From Octopus sinensis (lineage: Eukaryota): a stretch of 64,000 bases of DNA. The translations under genes were made by a program, and so were the position numbers. The DNA lies in the NCBI RefSeq assembly GCF_006345805.1, contig NC_042998.1:151962001-152026000 (forward strand). Direction: 5' to 3'. Numbering within the stretch: the stretch's first letter is position 1; each line of letters begins with the position of its first letter. The notes under the pieces were generated by a model. It saw only the letters and a program-made list of their open reading frames with translations, searched no databases and was not told where the DNA came from. This document shows, one piece after another, positions 24,420 to 37,097 of the stretch.

Positions 24420-24850
24420 GAAAAAAGTGCCCGTAATTGGTCAATCGTAAAGGAGTGTCGCTCTTCCCCGATACTGCAGGACAACATATTGCTGAAGGCA
24501 CTTAAGAAAATATTATGATTATGGCTCTAAATATACAGGTTTTGTCCCATTCTCATTTACTTTCCAGACATTGGCCCATGTAATTATCATCTTTTCGGAT
24601 CACTGCAATATTATTTCGAGGAAAGACTGTTTATTGATTGCGAAGAGGTTAAAAATGATATTGAGTGTTTCTTTGCTTTGAAACCTGAAGAAATTTACGT
24701 CCAAGGGATCAACAAACAGCCAAATTTATGTGATTATATCAGTAATGAGGGGAAATATCATTTTGGTTAAACACATCATTTTTTATCAGAGAATTATTTC
24801 TTTCTTTCAAATCTTGAAATGCTACAGGTCTTTCTTTCCAACCTAAAGTT
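24420..24850 (+). mobile_element. Mariner 3' remnant
   Basis: LVNRKGV..PDTAGQH, PCNYHLFGSLQ, FFALKPEEIYVQGI, ending in a TIR-like ctttccaaccta. Confidence 0.7.
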
Positions 24851-26133
24851 ATTATAAATCAGGACAGATATACATAAGTACAAAGCAGGATATCTATTTA
24901 TCTATATACATATATATAAACGTACATATGTCTGTGTATGCGTGTGTGTGATATAATAAAAAATAATTTTACATTAAATTGCGAAACTTCGAAGTCACTG
25001 TCGATATTATTCTTGTTCAAGAATAATGTGTGTATGTGTTTCTGTGTGTATCCATACAGCAGACATCACTAAAGTGATGTTAGGAAATATCCCTAAAGTC
25101 GTTTTACTTTACACTCTACTGCGACCTAAACACCATACTGGGTAAATTACAACAATATATAAACATTGTAAAAGAAATGAAAGGAATGAAAGGTTATGTC
25201 AGATCTCAACACTTCCTTTATGACCCTATATTGTAAATTTTGATAATTAGAGATCATCAGAAATAAAATCCTTTCCAAAACGGATTGCGAAGGGTGACTC
25301 GTGAAGGCTATTTTCATGTATTTCTTTCTCATATATTAGATAAAGTCATCTGCAGAAGACTACTAACAAGACAGGAAGAACCTCTTTTGGGAGATCTACT
25401 AAATATGACACACGCACCGATTAGATTAACGAAAACACTGGACCTCTAGACATACGTAAAACCTCCCATGGAACAAAATAAATGTGTGAGTGTATGTGTG
25501 TGAGAATGTGCGTATGTGCATGTGTATGTGTGCGCGTATGCGCGCGCGCGCGCGTGTGTGTGTGTTGCTCTTTTGCAACGCTCTTAGATTCGAAGTTCAA
25601 GCACAAACTTCCACAAGATTTACCCCTATCTTTAGAAAACATGTACAAAACATCGCCTAAAGCTTTCTCTTTAACAGAACACGACGCTTCCATCTGGCCT
25701 CCGGCAAGGTGAGTTATATCCCCGTCTGGAGTGCCATTGTTGAAAAACTTTTGAGAAACAAAGGCATACACTTTTGTAACTTACTGCCACTGTCCCTATT
25801 TTTCTTTGACAGTATTCGACTCATATCCAGAAAGGATTGTTAATAATATTTCTTTAAATGTTGCTCCGCATACGTTTATGATTTTCATGTTTTTCTTCTG
25901 TTTAAGTTACAGTTTATCTTAATAAATGGTTGTTATATTATTATACTTTATTACGTGTAAACGTGTGTAACATTTTATACATTTCTACCTTACCCTCCTA
26001 ATTATATAACTAGGTTCACTCTTCCTCGCATATTGTCATTTGTTGTTCCCTTAGACTCTGCATAAGTTTCTTCATTTTCTTTTATATTTCTTCGAGCCCT
26101 TGTGGTTAATAAAGAAAAGGTTGTTATTATTAA

Positions 26134-26185
<52 letters not shown>

Positions 26186-26268
26186 GAGTGAGAGAGCAGT
26201 GCGTACCATCAAAGTGACAGTGGAGTAAAATATACGAAGCCCAATACACCCATCATGACTACCCGTCT
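26186..26268 (-). mobile_element. 5'-truncated (83 bp) copy of T550
   Basis: Matches the ends of the copies at 29088, 41281 and 50828; abuts (ATT)n. Confidence 0.85.
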
Positions 26269-26498
26269 TCTGCTTTAATGCTGTGTTCGCATCCAATCGC
26301 TCTTCTTCCCCTCTTTTTCTTGGTACATACAGTCTATCTGAGTCACTTTTGGGGTGGAGTATCCCATATGTAGTCAGCAACTACCTTGTCCTTCTGTCTA
26401 AGCAGTTTAGTTCGTCTACTGCCCATGCGGTAACCCCTAGTCCATATCTAAGGAGTGAAACCGCCCAGGTGTTGTTAGCTTCAATTTTATTCCGTCCC

Positions 26499-26500
<2 letters not shown>
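26269..26500 (-). mobile_element. R4/Dong-type LINE fragment X
   Basis: GRNKIEANNTWAVSLLRYG and LTTYGILHPKSDSDRLYVPRKRG. Confidence 0.75.
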
Positions 26501-26531
<31 letters not shown>

Positions 26532-26554
26532 CATCATCATCATCATCATCATCA

Positions 26555-26633
<79 letters not shown>

Positions 26634-26986
26634 GCACAACAGATTGAACTACTGGAAAAGAAAAACTCCGAACATCGGGCTACAAGTAACCTTAGATGCC
26701 AAAAATTTTCCTAAGTATCCTACCTGTCCCTAATAACACTGTTTTCTGGAGTAACACTAAACTAGTTTTATGCCTATTTCCTCTATCCATCTGTTCAAAT
26801 CTTTAGGGATAGTACCAAATACACTTATGATTACAGGATACATTTTAGCCATATTTACCATCGCCTCTGTAACTAAATGGCTAGGTCCTGGTAACTTGCT
26901 ATTCTCTCTGTACCTCTCACGTTGACTTTCTCACCATTTGGGACAGTAAAGTCAATTACCCGATACTTTCTCTTCTCTCTCTCTGT

Positions 26987-27033
<47 letters not shown>

Positions 27034-27445
27034 GCCAAATCACGCCTCCTAGCTTCTATAACTCTATCAGTGTGAATGCTAAAGTGCCCACATCTTTTAT
27101 TTCTTACATTCTAGCAATTTATTAGTTTCATGTTCATGCCGTTTATCAGCATGATAAAGATCCTAGCTTTCTACATAACTCCCAGTAGATTATCCTCCCT
27201 TGGTTTTCATGTCTTTTCTTGTATTTGTTCTGTGCTACTTTTCATGTGACCTTTCCACCAATTTTTCCTCCATTTCTTCTCCTAATAGCATTAGCCTGGT
27301 CTACTAGCCTCTGCACGGTAACTTTACACATATTTTTCTCTACCCAAAATGTTAACATCCGTTTCTATAATCCCTCCTTTTAGGTTCACTTTCTAAGTAT
27401 CACTGTATCACTATCCTATTTTCTTCGCTGTTTCACTTCCTTCTC
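26501..27445 (-). mobile_element. R4/Dong-type LINE 3' fragment Y with a (TAA)/(TGA) tail and 22-bp flanking direct repeat
   Basis: VAQNKYKKRHENQGRIIYWELCRK and PVIISVFGTIPKDL; cttcaattttattccgtcccca at 26479-26500 and 27446-27467. Confidence 0.75.
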
Positions 27446-27495
27446 CTTCAATTTTATTCCGTCCCCATGACGCTGTCTTGGAACAACAGCGCTAT

Positions 27496-27537
27496 GGTTA
27501 GGGTTAGGGTTAGTGTTAGTGTTAGGGTTAAAGTTAG
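27496..27537 (+). repeat. Interstitial TTAGGG/TTAGTG variant repeats next to a 6-bp hairpin
   Basis: ggttagggttagggttagtgttagtgttagggtta; cgctgt..acagcg at 27471-27491. Confidence 0.7.
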
Positions 27538-28699
27538 TCTGCAACTATACTGAGCCACTGCTGAGGGAGAGGTCCCCTTAATGGTCCAGCCTCATTATTG
27601 CTTTCACTACTAGAGTTTCAGTGCAAACTATTTTCTCTCATAAACTGAGGTAAGGTAATGTTCGCCACCATTATCATCATTACCACTATTATGATTCGAT
27701 ATCTGATAGTTTCGAGGAAGTTTTTATTATATCACTTGTTACTCTTTCGTGCTACTGAGGTGTATGCAGCACTGCGAGGTTTTTTGTCGCTTGAGGAGTA
27801 TTGTATTGCATCAGTATATCTTGTTATGGAGTTTGGTTTGTGACTTCTGTTGAATTAGTGTTTGTATTGTGTGCAGTGTGTGTTGTGCGAGTCGTGTTTT
27901 TTCTGTTGGGTATCGGGCCTCTATGGCACATGTTGTGGGAGTTATTCGTTGGGGAACTTTCATTGTTATATTCTTTTTGTTTGATGCAATTACCTCAGCT
28001 TTAGCGAAAGCGGAGGTATTGTTTTTGGTGGTGTTTGTTTGTTTGTTTGGCACGAACTGATTAGATGTTGGGATCGATCCCGTACTGGACAAGGATTCTG
28101 GATTATTTTTTGTTATATTTACTTTACTTTAAATGAAGTCTTTCAAATCTTTCTCTGATTATCTCCCTTATATTATATTATATTATATTATATTATATTA
28201 TATTATATTATATTATATTATATTATATTATATTATTTCCTTTATATATTATACATACATATTAACACGTTACAGTATACTTACATATATACATATTTTT
28301 ATATATCGATCTAAAACAACAGAAATACTAAAGAAGGCCGGAATTTAAGTGAACAGAAAACCAAAAGGTCTCATGCTATTCGTTTAAAAATTCCTGAGTA
28401 GAACTTATTATTATTATTAATGTTTTTACTACTTTGAAACTATTTTGAATGTTGAATTTGTTAACATTGGCTTGTATTAGATAAGGATAAACTATTTAGT
28501 ACTGTTACTAAATTTTCTACAGCTGCTTTGAGATGAGTCATCTTCCAAAAATTAACCTAATCAGTGTTTCTAAAACTTTTACGTAGTGACTCCCCAAGAC
28601 TTATCAACATGTGTGCGCTCAAGTCATGCAAATGTTTCATTACCCAGACGACACACCCGCAGCATTACAAACATGACCCGCACACACACCTTCACATTC

Positions 28700-28923
28700 C
28701 ATGGCTACCATTGGGATCGATGAGGTACCGGAAAAGGATTCTGGATTATTTATCCGTTTTTTTAAATTTAATTTTTGAGAGCCGTCAGATTCATTTTTAG
28801 TATTCTCGTTTGTGAGAGTAGTTGAGTTTATTTCAGATATTCTTATTTTAAAAAATCATCTCCGGCTAATTGTTGAGAGAACATTGGTATTACTTTGGCG
28901 GAGGTTTGCGCTCTCTGAGTGCT
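28700..28923 (+). mobile_element. Helentron/HINE-like non-autonomous element 3' end
   Basis: ctttggcggaggtttgcgctctctgagtgct with terminal hairpin gcgctc/gagtgc; tgggatcgat..aaggattctggatta duplicated at ~28068 and ~28712; family assignment from recalled motif. Confidence 0.45.
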
Positions 28924-29087
28924 ATTGTTTTACTTGCTATTGTTTTACTTGACTACCGGTTGTTTTTTGTGTAAAATCCCCACTGTCCATGTCTACTCTA
29001 CCGTCCCCTATATGTCGACCCTAATGGCCAAACAACGAAATAATAATAATGATAATAATAATAATAATTATTATTGTTGTTGTTGTT

Positions 29088-29635
29088 GAATGAGAGAGCA
29101 GCGCATGCCATCAAAGTGACACTAGGGTAAAATATACGAAGCAAGGTATACCCAACATGACTACTTGTCTGGTAAGGGTACACCAGGCACATGCATCACA
29201 ACCATATGTGCGCGACATGGCGATCTCATATCAAGATAAACAGCACATGACCTTGCAGGTGAGGCCCAGTCAGAATTTTCTTCAGTTCAAATAACTGCTC
29301 AAAAGGTCCCTGAATAAGGGATGTTTAAGAATGTTGAATGAAACATCCATGTTTCCAGAGGTGAAATATTCAAACCTCAAAGAATTCTTCTCAACATATG
29401 TCTATTATGCTTCCCTACGACTTCTGCTCGTGATCAGAGATGTACATATCGTCAGCCATTGAGGGACATGATCGACTGGTTAAGGTCAAACAACTGACAA
29501 GCAAATCTGTGGTATTGAGCAGAATATTCGCTATAGCCCATCTTTCATACCAAGACAAAACAATGTATATGATAACACTTCGGATCAGTTAAGATCAGAA
29601 GCCACGAGAGTCAGTGTCTGGTACTGCATTAGGGC
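29088..29635 (-). mobile_element. T550 non-coding (TAA)n-associated retroposon, full copy
   Basis: Colinear with 41281-41832 and 50828-51375; trinucleotide tracts on both flanks. Confidence 0.85.
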
Positions 29636-29720
29636 ATCATCATCATCATCATCGTCATCATCATCATTATCACCATCATCATCATCATCATCATCATCAT
29701 CATTATCATCATCATCATCA

Positions 29721-29787
<67 letters not shown>

Positions 29788-29863
29788 TTTTATTATTATT
29801 AATATCATCATCGTCGTCGTCGTCATCATCATCATTATCATCATTATTATTATTATTATTATT

Positions 29864-30280
29864 TTATGTTTGATTTTTGATTTGCATTTGTACAAGTTGG
29901 CTCCAAGTCTCACCCAGAGACCTCAAGAGACAACAAGTTAGAAGTTCATGTTGGTGTTATGCATCGGGTGTCATATATTTGGCTTTGTACATAGTGTTGT
30001 TCTAGAGAATGTTTAAGAAACCATGAGATAATTATGTTTTATAATTAGATATTACATAGACAGTATTTTATGTAAGATATGAGCAGTTCCCATGAGCACT
30101 CTCTTTTGAGTTTCTGCTATTTTGGGGTTTCATAGTTTCATATATTCACTGGGTTATGTGCGAAAACCTGGACCTGTCCCATGATAAAAACTGGTAGGAA
30201 CACAAACCACCTCCTGGGCTTGAAAATGATCACATTTCACACTTCTAGAACTTCACCTTTGAAACTGACAGAAAGATATT
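29864..30280 (-). mobile_element. R4/Dong LINE family B 3' end (B1), internally deleted
   Basis: 3' UTR matches 32363 and 45026; GTAHILRK motif. Confidence 0.8.
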
Positions 30281-32274
30281 CCTTTCTGTATGTTATATGT
30301 GTTGGTAAGTCCTGGTGTTTTTGTTAAGTATTTGTCTGAATAATTTTTTACAATGCCTAATGCACCTACTATGATAGGAATTATTTCTGTTTTTAGATTC
30401 CACATTCTGGTTACCTCTATTTCTAGGTCTTTGTATTTTGAAAGTTTCTCCATTTCTTTTAGAGACACGTTGTCATGTACTGGTATTGATACATCAATTA
30501 GAAAGCATTTTTTTCTTCATGATCTCTGACAACTATATTTGGTCTGTTGGCCTTAAGTTTTCTATCTGTGTGTATCGGCATATCCCAGAGTATGGTTGCT
30601 TTCTCGTTGTCTGTGACCTTTTCTGGTATGTGCCTATACCATCCTTTTTCTGTTGTTATTCCATAATGTTGGCATAGCTTCCAGTTTATGTAGGTCCCAA
30701 CTCTGTCATGACTGTGAATATATTCCCTCTTAGCCAGAGATAATATGATTTATTGTTTCTAGTCCATCTCCACATATTCTGGAGTTACTTGTAATATTTC
30801 TTTTCATTACATGTTTTTGGTCATTTCTGGTGGGGAGGCTTTGGTCTTGTGCTGCGAATAAAAATCCCTCTGTCTCTGCTTTGAGTCCTGAGCTTCACAA
30901 CCATTGCTGGGATTTTTCTTTGTCTATTTCTTTTGCATTTAGTTTAGTCCAGTATTTGCCATGAAGGAGCTTTTCTTGCCATCGTTTTATCATGGTTCTT
31001 TGCTGTTCTAGTTTTAGTTTGGATTTCATTTGTTTTATAGCTTTTGTTGTTTCTTAATCTTCTTCTTCTTCTTCTTCTTCTTCTTCTTCTTCTTCTTCTT
31101 CTTCTTCTTCTTCTTCTTCTTCTTCTTCTTCTTCTTCTTCTTCTTCTTCTTCTTCTTCTTCTTCTTCTTCTTCTTCTTCTTCTTCTTCTTCTTCTTCTTC
31201 TTCTTCTTCTTCTTCTTCTTCTTCTTCATATTTGTTAGGTGGTATGATTTCTTGTTTGTATTTGTCAGCTTCCTTAAATACTGAGAACAGTTTTTTGTTT
31301 AGCTCGTGTTTTGCCGCTATTTGTATCAGTTTTCCTTCCTTCTGAAGTAGATATTTTTACAGTCCTATGGTGGTTAGTTTATAGTAGTTTTCCAGCTGTA
31401 TAAGGCCTCTACCACCTTCTATACGTTGTATATATAGTCTTTCTATTTCAGATTTTGGGTGATGTATCCTAGATCCTGTCATTATTTTTCTTGTTTTCCT
31501 ATCTATTTTGGTCAGTTCATTTAGTGTCCAGTTAAGGATATTATAGCTGTAACTTATAACTGGGACAGGTAAAGTGTTAATACCTATTATCTTGTTTTTA
31601 GCATTGAGCTCTGTTTTTAGTATTGATCTAACTCGTCTATAATATTCTTTTTTTTATTTTCTCTTTCATTTGTGTGTGTTGTGTCTTATCTAGTTCATGG
31701 ATTCCTAAGTATTTGTAAGTTTGGCTTTGCTCTAATTCTTTTATTTCATTGGTTTTATCTAGTGTGATATTGCTACTCTTAACTAGTTTTCCTCTTTTCA
31801 GGGTTACTTTCGCCCATTTTTCTAATCCAAATTTCATATCTACTTCTTTGGTAAATCCATGAACTGTCTTTAGTAGTATTTCCAGCTGTTTGTCATTTGC
31901 AGCGTATAGTTTTAGGTCATCCATATATAAAAGGTGGCTGATCGTTTTGCCGTAACATTCATATCCACATCCAGTCCTATTTAGCATATCAGATAGAGGT
32001 GACAGTGCCAAGCAGAAAAGGAGTGGAGAGACCGTGTCTCCCTGGAATATTCCCCTTCTAATGGGGATGTCTTTGGTTTTCATGAGTCCCTCTTTTGTTT
32101 GGAGCTGTAGCACTGTTTGCCATTTATTCATAGCGTCCTATGTATTTTATAATTTTTGGTGCTACTTTGTTAATGTCTAGTGTTTCGAGGATCCATGTGT
32201 GGGGGATGCTATCAAACGCCTTTCTGTAGTCGATCCAGACCATACTGAGGCCTTTTTATCTTTCTGTGGCTGTC

Positions 32275-32275
<1 letters not shown>
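30281..32275 (-). mobile_element. R4/Dong LINE family A fragment (A1) with (GAA)~57 expansion
   Basis: ORF 31637-32131 RGIFQGDTVSPLLF, YMDDLKLY; EKLSKYKDLEIEV. Confidence 0.9.
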
Positions 32276-32362
<87 letters not shown>

Positions 32363-32363
<1 letters not shown>

Positions 32364-33472
32364 TATGTTTGACTTTTGCTTTATGTCTGTACAAGTTGGC
32401 TCCAAGTCTCACCCAGAGACCTCAAGAGACAACAGGTTGGAAGTTCTGTGCCATATATTTGGGGGTTTTTTTGGTGTTGTACTAGTGAATGTGTAATACA
32501 TAAAAAAATAAATAAATAAATTTAAAAAATTAAAAAATAAGAATAAAAAAAGTTTGTTTTAAACCTTGGATTACATAGAGAGTATTTTGCGTAGGATATG
32601 AGCAGTTCCCATGAGCACTATCTTTTGAATTTCTGCCATTTAGGGGTTTCCTGGTATCTGAGTTAGGTAGCAATCAGTCCCTTTCGCTATCATTCCCAGG
32701 GCACCTATGACAACAGGTATTGTTTTAGTCTTCAGCTTCCACATTTTGCTGATTTCTATTTCAAGATCTTTATATTTGCTCAGTTTCTGGTAGGTCTTGA
32801 CAGATACGTTTATATCGATTGGGACTGTCATATCAATGAGGAGGCATGTTCTTCGTCTGAAGTCTTTCAATATGATGTCTGGCCTATTTGCATCTATCTT
32901 CCTGTCAGTTTGAATGGTGAAGTTCCAGATGTGGTCATTTTCAAGCACTGGAGGTGGATTGTGTTCCCACCAGTTTTTTTCATGGGGCAAATCCAGGTTT
33001 TTGCAAATTACCCAGTGAATATATTGTGCAGCTCTATCATGCCTATTGAGGTACTCTGTAGGCGCTAGAAGACTGTATTTGGAGACAACATGATCAATGG
33101 TTTCATTTTGATGTCGGCATACACGACATGTTGGGCTACTGCCGTTCTTTAATATGTTGGCCTGGTAGTTTCTTGTTGGTAGGCATTGATCTTGAGCTGC
33201 TATGATAAACCCCTCTGTTTCAGATTTTAAGCCAGAGGCCATTAGCCATTGGTGGGTCAGGGCTTTGTCGATATCTGCGTTATTCGCTCTCTTTGGGTAT
33301 TTACCATAGAGAGGTTTTTCTTGCCATTTAATATTCAGAATATCTAAGGCCGCAGTTTTGGCACGAGTTTTCAGGCGCCTAGCTTTTTCTGTGCTTGTTT
33401 CTTGTATGTCTATCTCTAATTGCGAAATTGGTTGTATTCGGAATTCACTTAGATATTCCTTTGCCTGTTTTG

Positions 33473-33473
<1 letters not shown>
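32363..33473 (-). mobile_element. R4/Dong LINE family B 3' part (B2)
   Basis: ORF 32640-33242: CRVC..H knuckle, DANRPDIILKD..IDMTVP..KLSKYKDL REL domain, IPVVIGALG. Confidence 0.9.
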
Positions 33474-33550
<77 letters not shown>

Positions 33551-33561
33551 CGTCGTCGTCG

Positions 33562-33622
<61 letters not shown>

Positions 33623-33644
33623 TATTATTATTATTATTATTATT

Positions 33645-33744
33645 CAGTAGTTTTATTTTTATAGCGTGCTTTCACTTCACTACCGAGCGCAGCTCTGTGT
33701 GCCTTGGGTATGTGCTGTGATTTGTTGTGATGCTCTGATGGTTA

Positions 33745-33747
<3 letters not shown>
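33645..33747 (-). mobile_element. 103-bp 3'-UTR-only copy of family A
   Basis: Matches the 3' terminus of A2 and is bounded by (ATT)n on both sides. Confidence 0.85.
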
Positions 33748-33812
<65 letters not shown>

Positions 33813-33815
<3 letters not shown>

Positions 33816-36800
33816 TAGTTTTATTTTTATTTTTATAGCGTGCTTTCACTTCACTACCGAGCGCAGCTCTGTGTGCCTTGGGTATGTGCTGTGATTTGTT
33901 GTGATGCTCTGATGGTTATTGTATGGAAAGTGTTCTGCGTAGGATGTGTGCAGTGCCTAGTAGTGCAATTTTCTGTATGTTATATGTGTTTGTAAGTCCT
34001 GGTGATTTTGTTATGTATTTGTCTGAATATTTTTTTATCATGCCTAATGCACCTACTATGATAGGAATTGTTTCTGTTTTCAGATTCCACATTCTAGTTA
34101 CCTCTATTTCCAGGTCTTTGTATTTTGAGAGTTTCTCCATTTATTTTAGAGGCACGTTGTCATCTGCCTGTATTGATACATCAATTAGAAAGCATTATTT
34201 TTCTTCATGATCTCTGACAACTATATCTGGTCTGTTGGCCTTAATTTCTCTGTCTGTGTTTCGGCATATCCCAGAGTATGGTTGCTTTCTCGTTTTCTGT
34301 GACCTTTTCTGGTGTGTGCCTATACCATCTTTTTTCTGTTGTTATTCCATAATGTTGGCATAGCTCCAATGTATGTAGGTTCAAACTCTGTCATGTCTGT
34401 GAATATATTCCTTCTTAGCCAGGACTGGGCAGCTAGAGATAATATGATTTATTGTTTCTTGTCCATCTCCACATATTCTGGAGTTACTTGTAATATTTCT
34501 TTCCATTACATGTTTTTGGTAATTTCTGGTGGGAAGGCTTTGGTCTTGTGCTGCAATTAAAAATCCCTCTGTTTCTGCTTTGAGTCCTGAGCTTCTCAAC
34601 CATTGCTGGGATTTTTCCTTGTCTATTTCTTTTGCGTTTAGTTTAGTCCAGTATTTGCCATGAAGGGGCTTTTCTTGCCATCGTTTTCTCATGGTTCGTT
34701 GCTGTTCTATTTTTAGTTTGTATTTCATTTGTTTTATAGCTTTTGTTGTTTCTCCATCTTCTTCTTCTTCTTCATGTTTATTAGGTGGTATGATTTCTTG
34801 TTTGTATTTGTCAGCTTCCTTAAATACTGAGAACAGTTTTTTGTTTTGCTCGTGTTTTGCCGCTATCTGGATCAGTTTTCCTTCCTTCTGAAGTAGATAT
34901 TTTTGCAGTCCTATGGTGGTTATTTTATAGTAGTTTTCCAGCTGTATAAGGCCTCTACCACCTTCTATACGTTGTATATATAGTCTTTCTATGTCAGATT
35001 TTGGGTGATGCATCCTAGATCCTGTCAGTATTTTTCTTGTTTTCCTATCTATTTTGGTCAGTTCATTTCGTGTCCAGTTAAGGATATTGTAGCTGTAACT
35101 TATAACTGGGACAGCTAAAGTGTTGATACCTATTATCTTGTTTTTAGCATTGAGCTCTGTGTTTAGTATTGATCTAACTCGTCTATAATATTCTTTTTTA
35201 TTTTCTCTTTCATTTGTGTGTGTTGTGTCTTATCTAGTTCATGGATTCCTAAGTATTTGTAAGTTTGGCTTTGCTCTAATTCTTTTATTTCATTGGTTTT
35301 ATCTAGTGTGATGTTGTTACTCTTAACTAGTTTTCCTCTTTTCATGGTTACTTTGGCGCATTTTTCTAATCCAAATTTCATATCTATTTCTTTGGTAAAT
35401 CCATGAACTGTCTTTAATAGTGTTTCCAGCTGTTTGTCATTTGCAGCGTATAGTTTTAGGTCATCCATATATAAAAGGTGACTGATCGTTTTGCCGTAAC
35501 ATTTATATCCGCATCCAGTTCTATTTAGCATATCAGATAGAGGTGACAGTGCCAAGCAGAAAAGGAGTGGAGAGAGCATGTCTCCCTGGAATATTCCTCT
35601 TCTAATGGGGATGTCTTTGGTTTTCATGAGTCCCTCTTTTGTTTGGAGCTGTAGCACTGTTTGCCATTTATTCATAGAGTGCTCTATGAATTTTATGATT
35701 GTTGGTGCTACTTTGTTAATGGCTAGTGTTTCGAGGATCCATGTGTGGGGGATGCTATCAAACGCCTTTTTGTAGTCAATCCAGGCCATACTGAGGCCTT
35801 TCTTCTTTCTGTGGCTGTCTTCAGTTATGGCTTTATTAATCATTAGTTGATCTTTACAGCCATATGAGCCTTTGCGGCATTCTTTCTGTTCTTCTGGGAA
35901 CAGTTTGTTTTCGTCCAGGTGCTTGTTCAGCCTTTGTGATATCACTGAAGTAAATGCCTTGAACATAGTAGGGAGGCAGGTTATTGGTCTGTAGTTTTCT
36001 GGTTTTTCTGTTTCATTTGATTTGGGAATTAAGATGGTTTTCCCCTTCGTGAGCCATTCAGGCATTGTCTCTGGCTCTGCTAGTACTTTGTTAAAGTTTT
36101 CAGCCAGCTTTTTGTGCATTCCTGTTAGATATTTCAACCAGAAGTTGGGGATCTTGTCATGCCCAGGTGCCTTCCAGTTGCTTAGTCTTTGCAGTGCCTG
36201 TGTGACCTCTTCAGTTGTTATGGGGGTCCAAAGTTGTTCAGATGCCGAGTTTGTTATTCTGATACTCCTTTGTTTTGGTGGTTCGTTCGCCGACCATATT
36301 TCTGCCCAGAACTCTTCCAATTCTTCTGCCGTTGGTGCTGCAGTGACTTCTATTTTATTTTTTCCCAGTTCTTGGTAGAACTTTTTGGGGTTAGAGTTGA
36401 ACTTTTTGTTTTCTTCAAAGAAGCGTTGGCGTTTCTCGTACCGGCGGATCCTTTGTGCTTTGGCAAGGATATCTTGCTTCAGCTTTTCTTTTATTTCAGG
36501 CAAATCTTTCTCTGTGATGTTATATTTGCGGAGTATTTTTGTTCTCTTTTTGTTGCTCAGTAGCGTTGATTGTATGCTGATTTCATTAAGAATCGACAGG
36601 TCTTTTCTAATTTTTTTTTTACTTTGCTTTGGATGTTATTTATCTACCGGGTTTGTTTGGGTGGTGGTACTCCTGTTTGGGCGGGTTTGGGTGAGTATCC
36701 AGCTTCTTTTGTGGCTGCAGTGGCTGCTGCGTATATTAGGTTATTTAGCTCAGTGATATCACTTTTTTTTTATTCAGTGGCTATCAGTTCAGTGACGGCT

Positions 36801-37010
36801 CGGTTTATGCTGTTTATAATAGGTGTTGTTATTTTGTTTATTTTGTTTCTTGGGAGGTATGGTCGGTGGTCAATTTTGAGCTCTGTGGTTTTCAGTTCTT
36901 TGATTATTTTATTTTTTATATTATCATAATCATTAGGCTCCCCTTCGTTGTTTACATCGTGTTTGTTGGGAATGTTGCGTTTGTCTTCGTGTTTTACAGT
37001 TTCAGTGTTT
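33813..37010 (-). mobile_element. R4/Dong LINE family A, 5'-truncated (A2)
   Basis: ORFs 35163-36503, 34381-35013 and 33916-34140 (RT, CCHC, REL); (TAA)n at both ends. Confidence 0.93.
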
Positions 37011-37026
37011 ATTATTATTATTAGTG

Positions 37027-37095
<69 letters not shown>

Positions 37096-37097
<2 letters not shown>

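Noticed and set aside
33358-33720. Plus-strand ORFs antisense to the LINE copies (also 34691, 35578, 39301, 53523)
   Set aside because: Shadow frames of RT coding sequence or microsatellites; they recur only because the LINE copies recur
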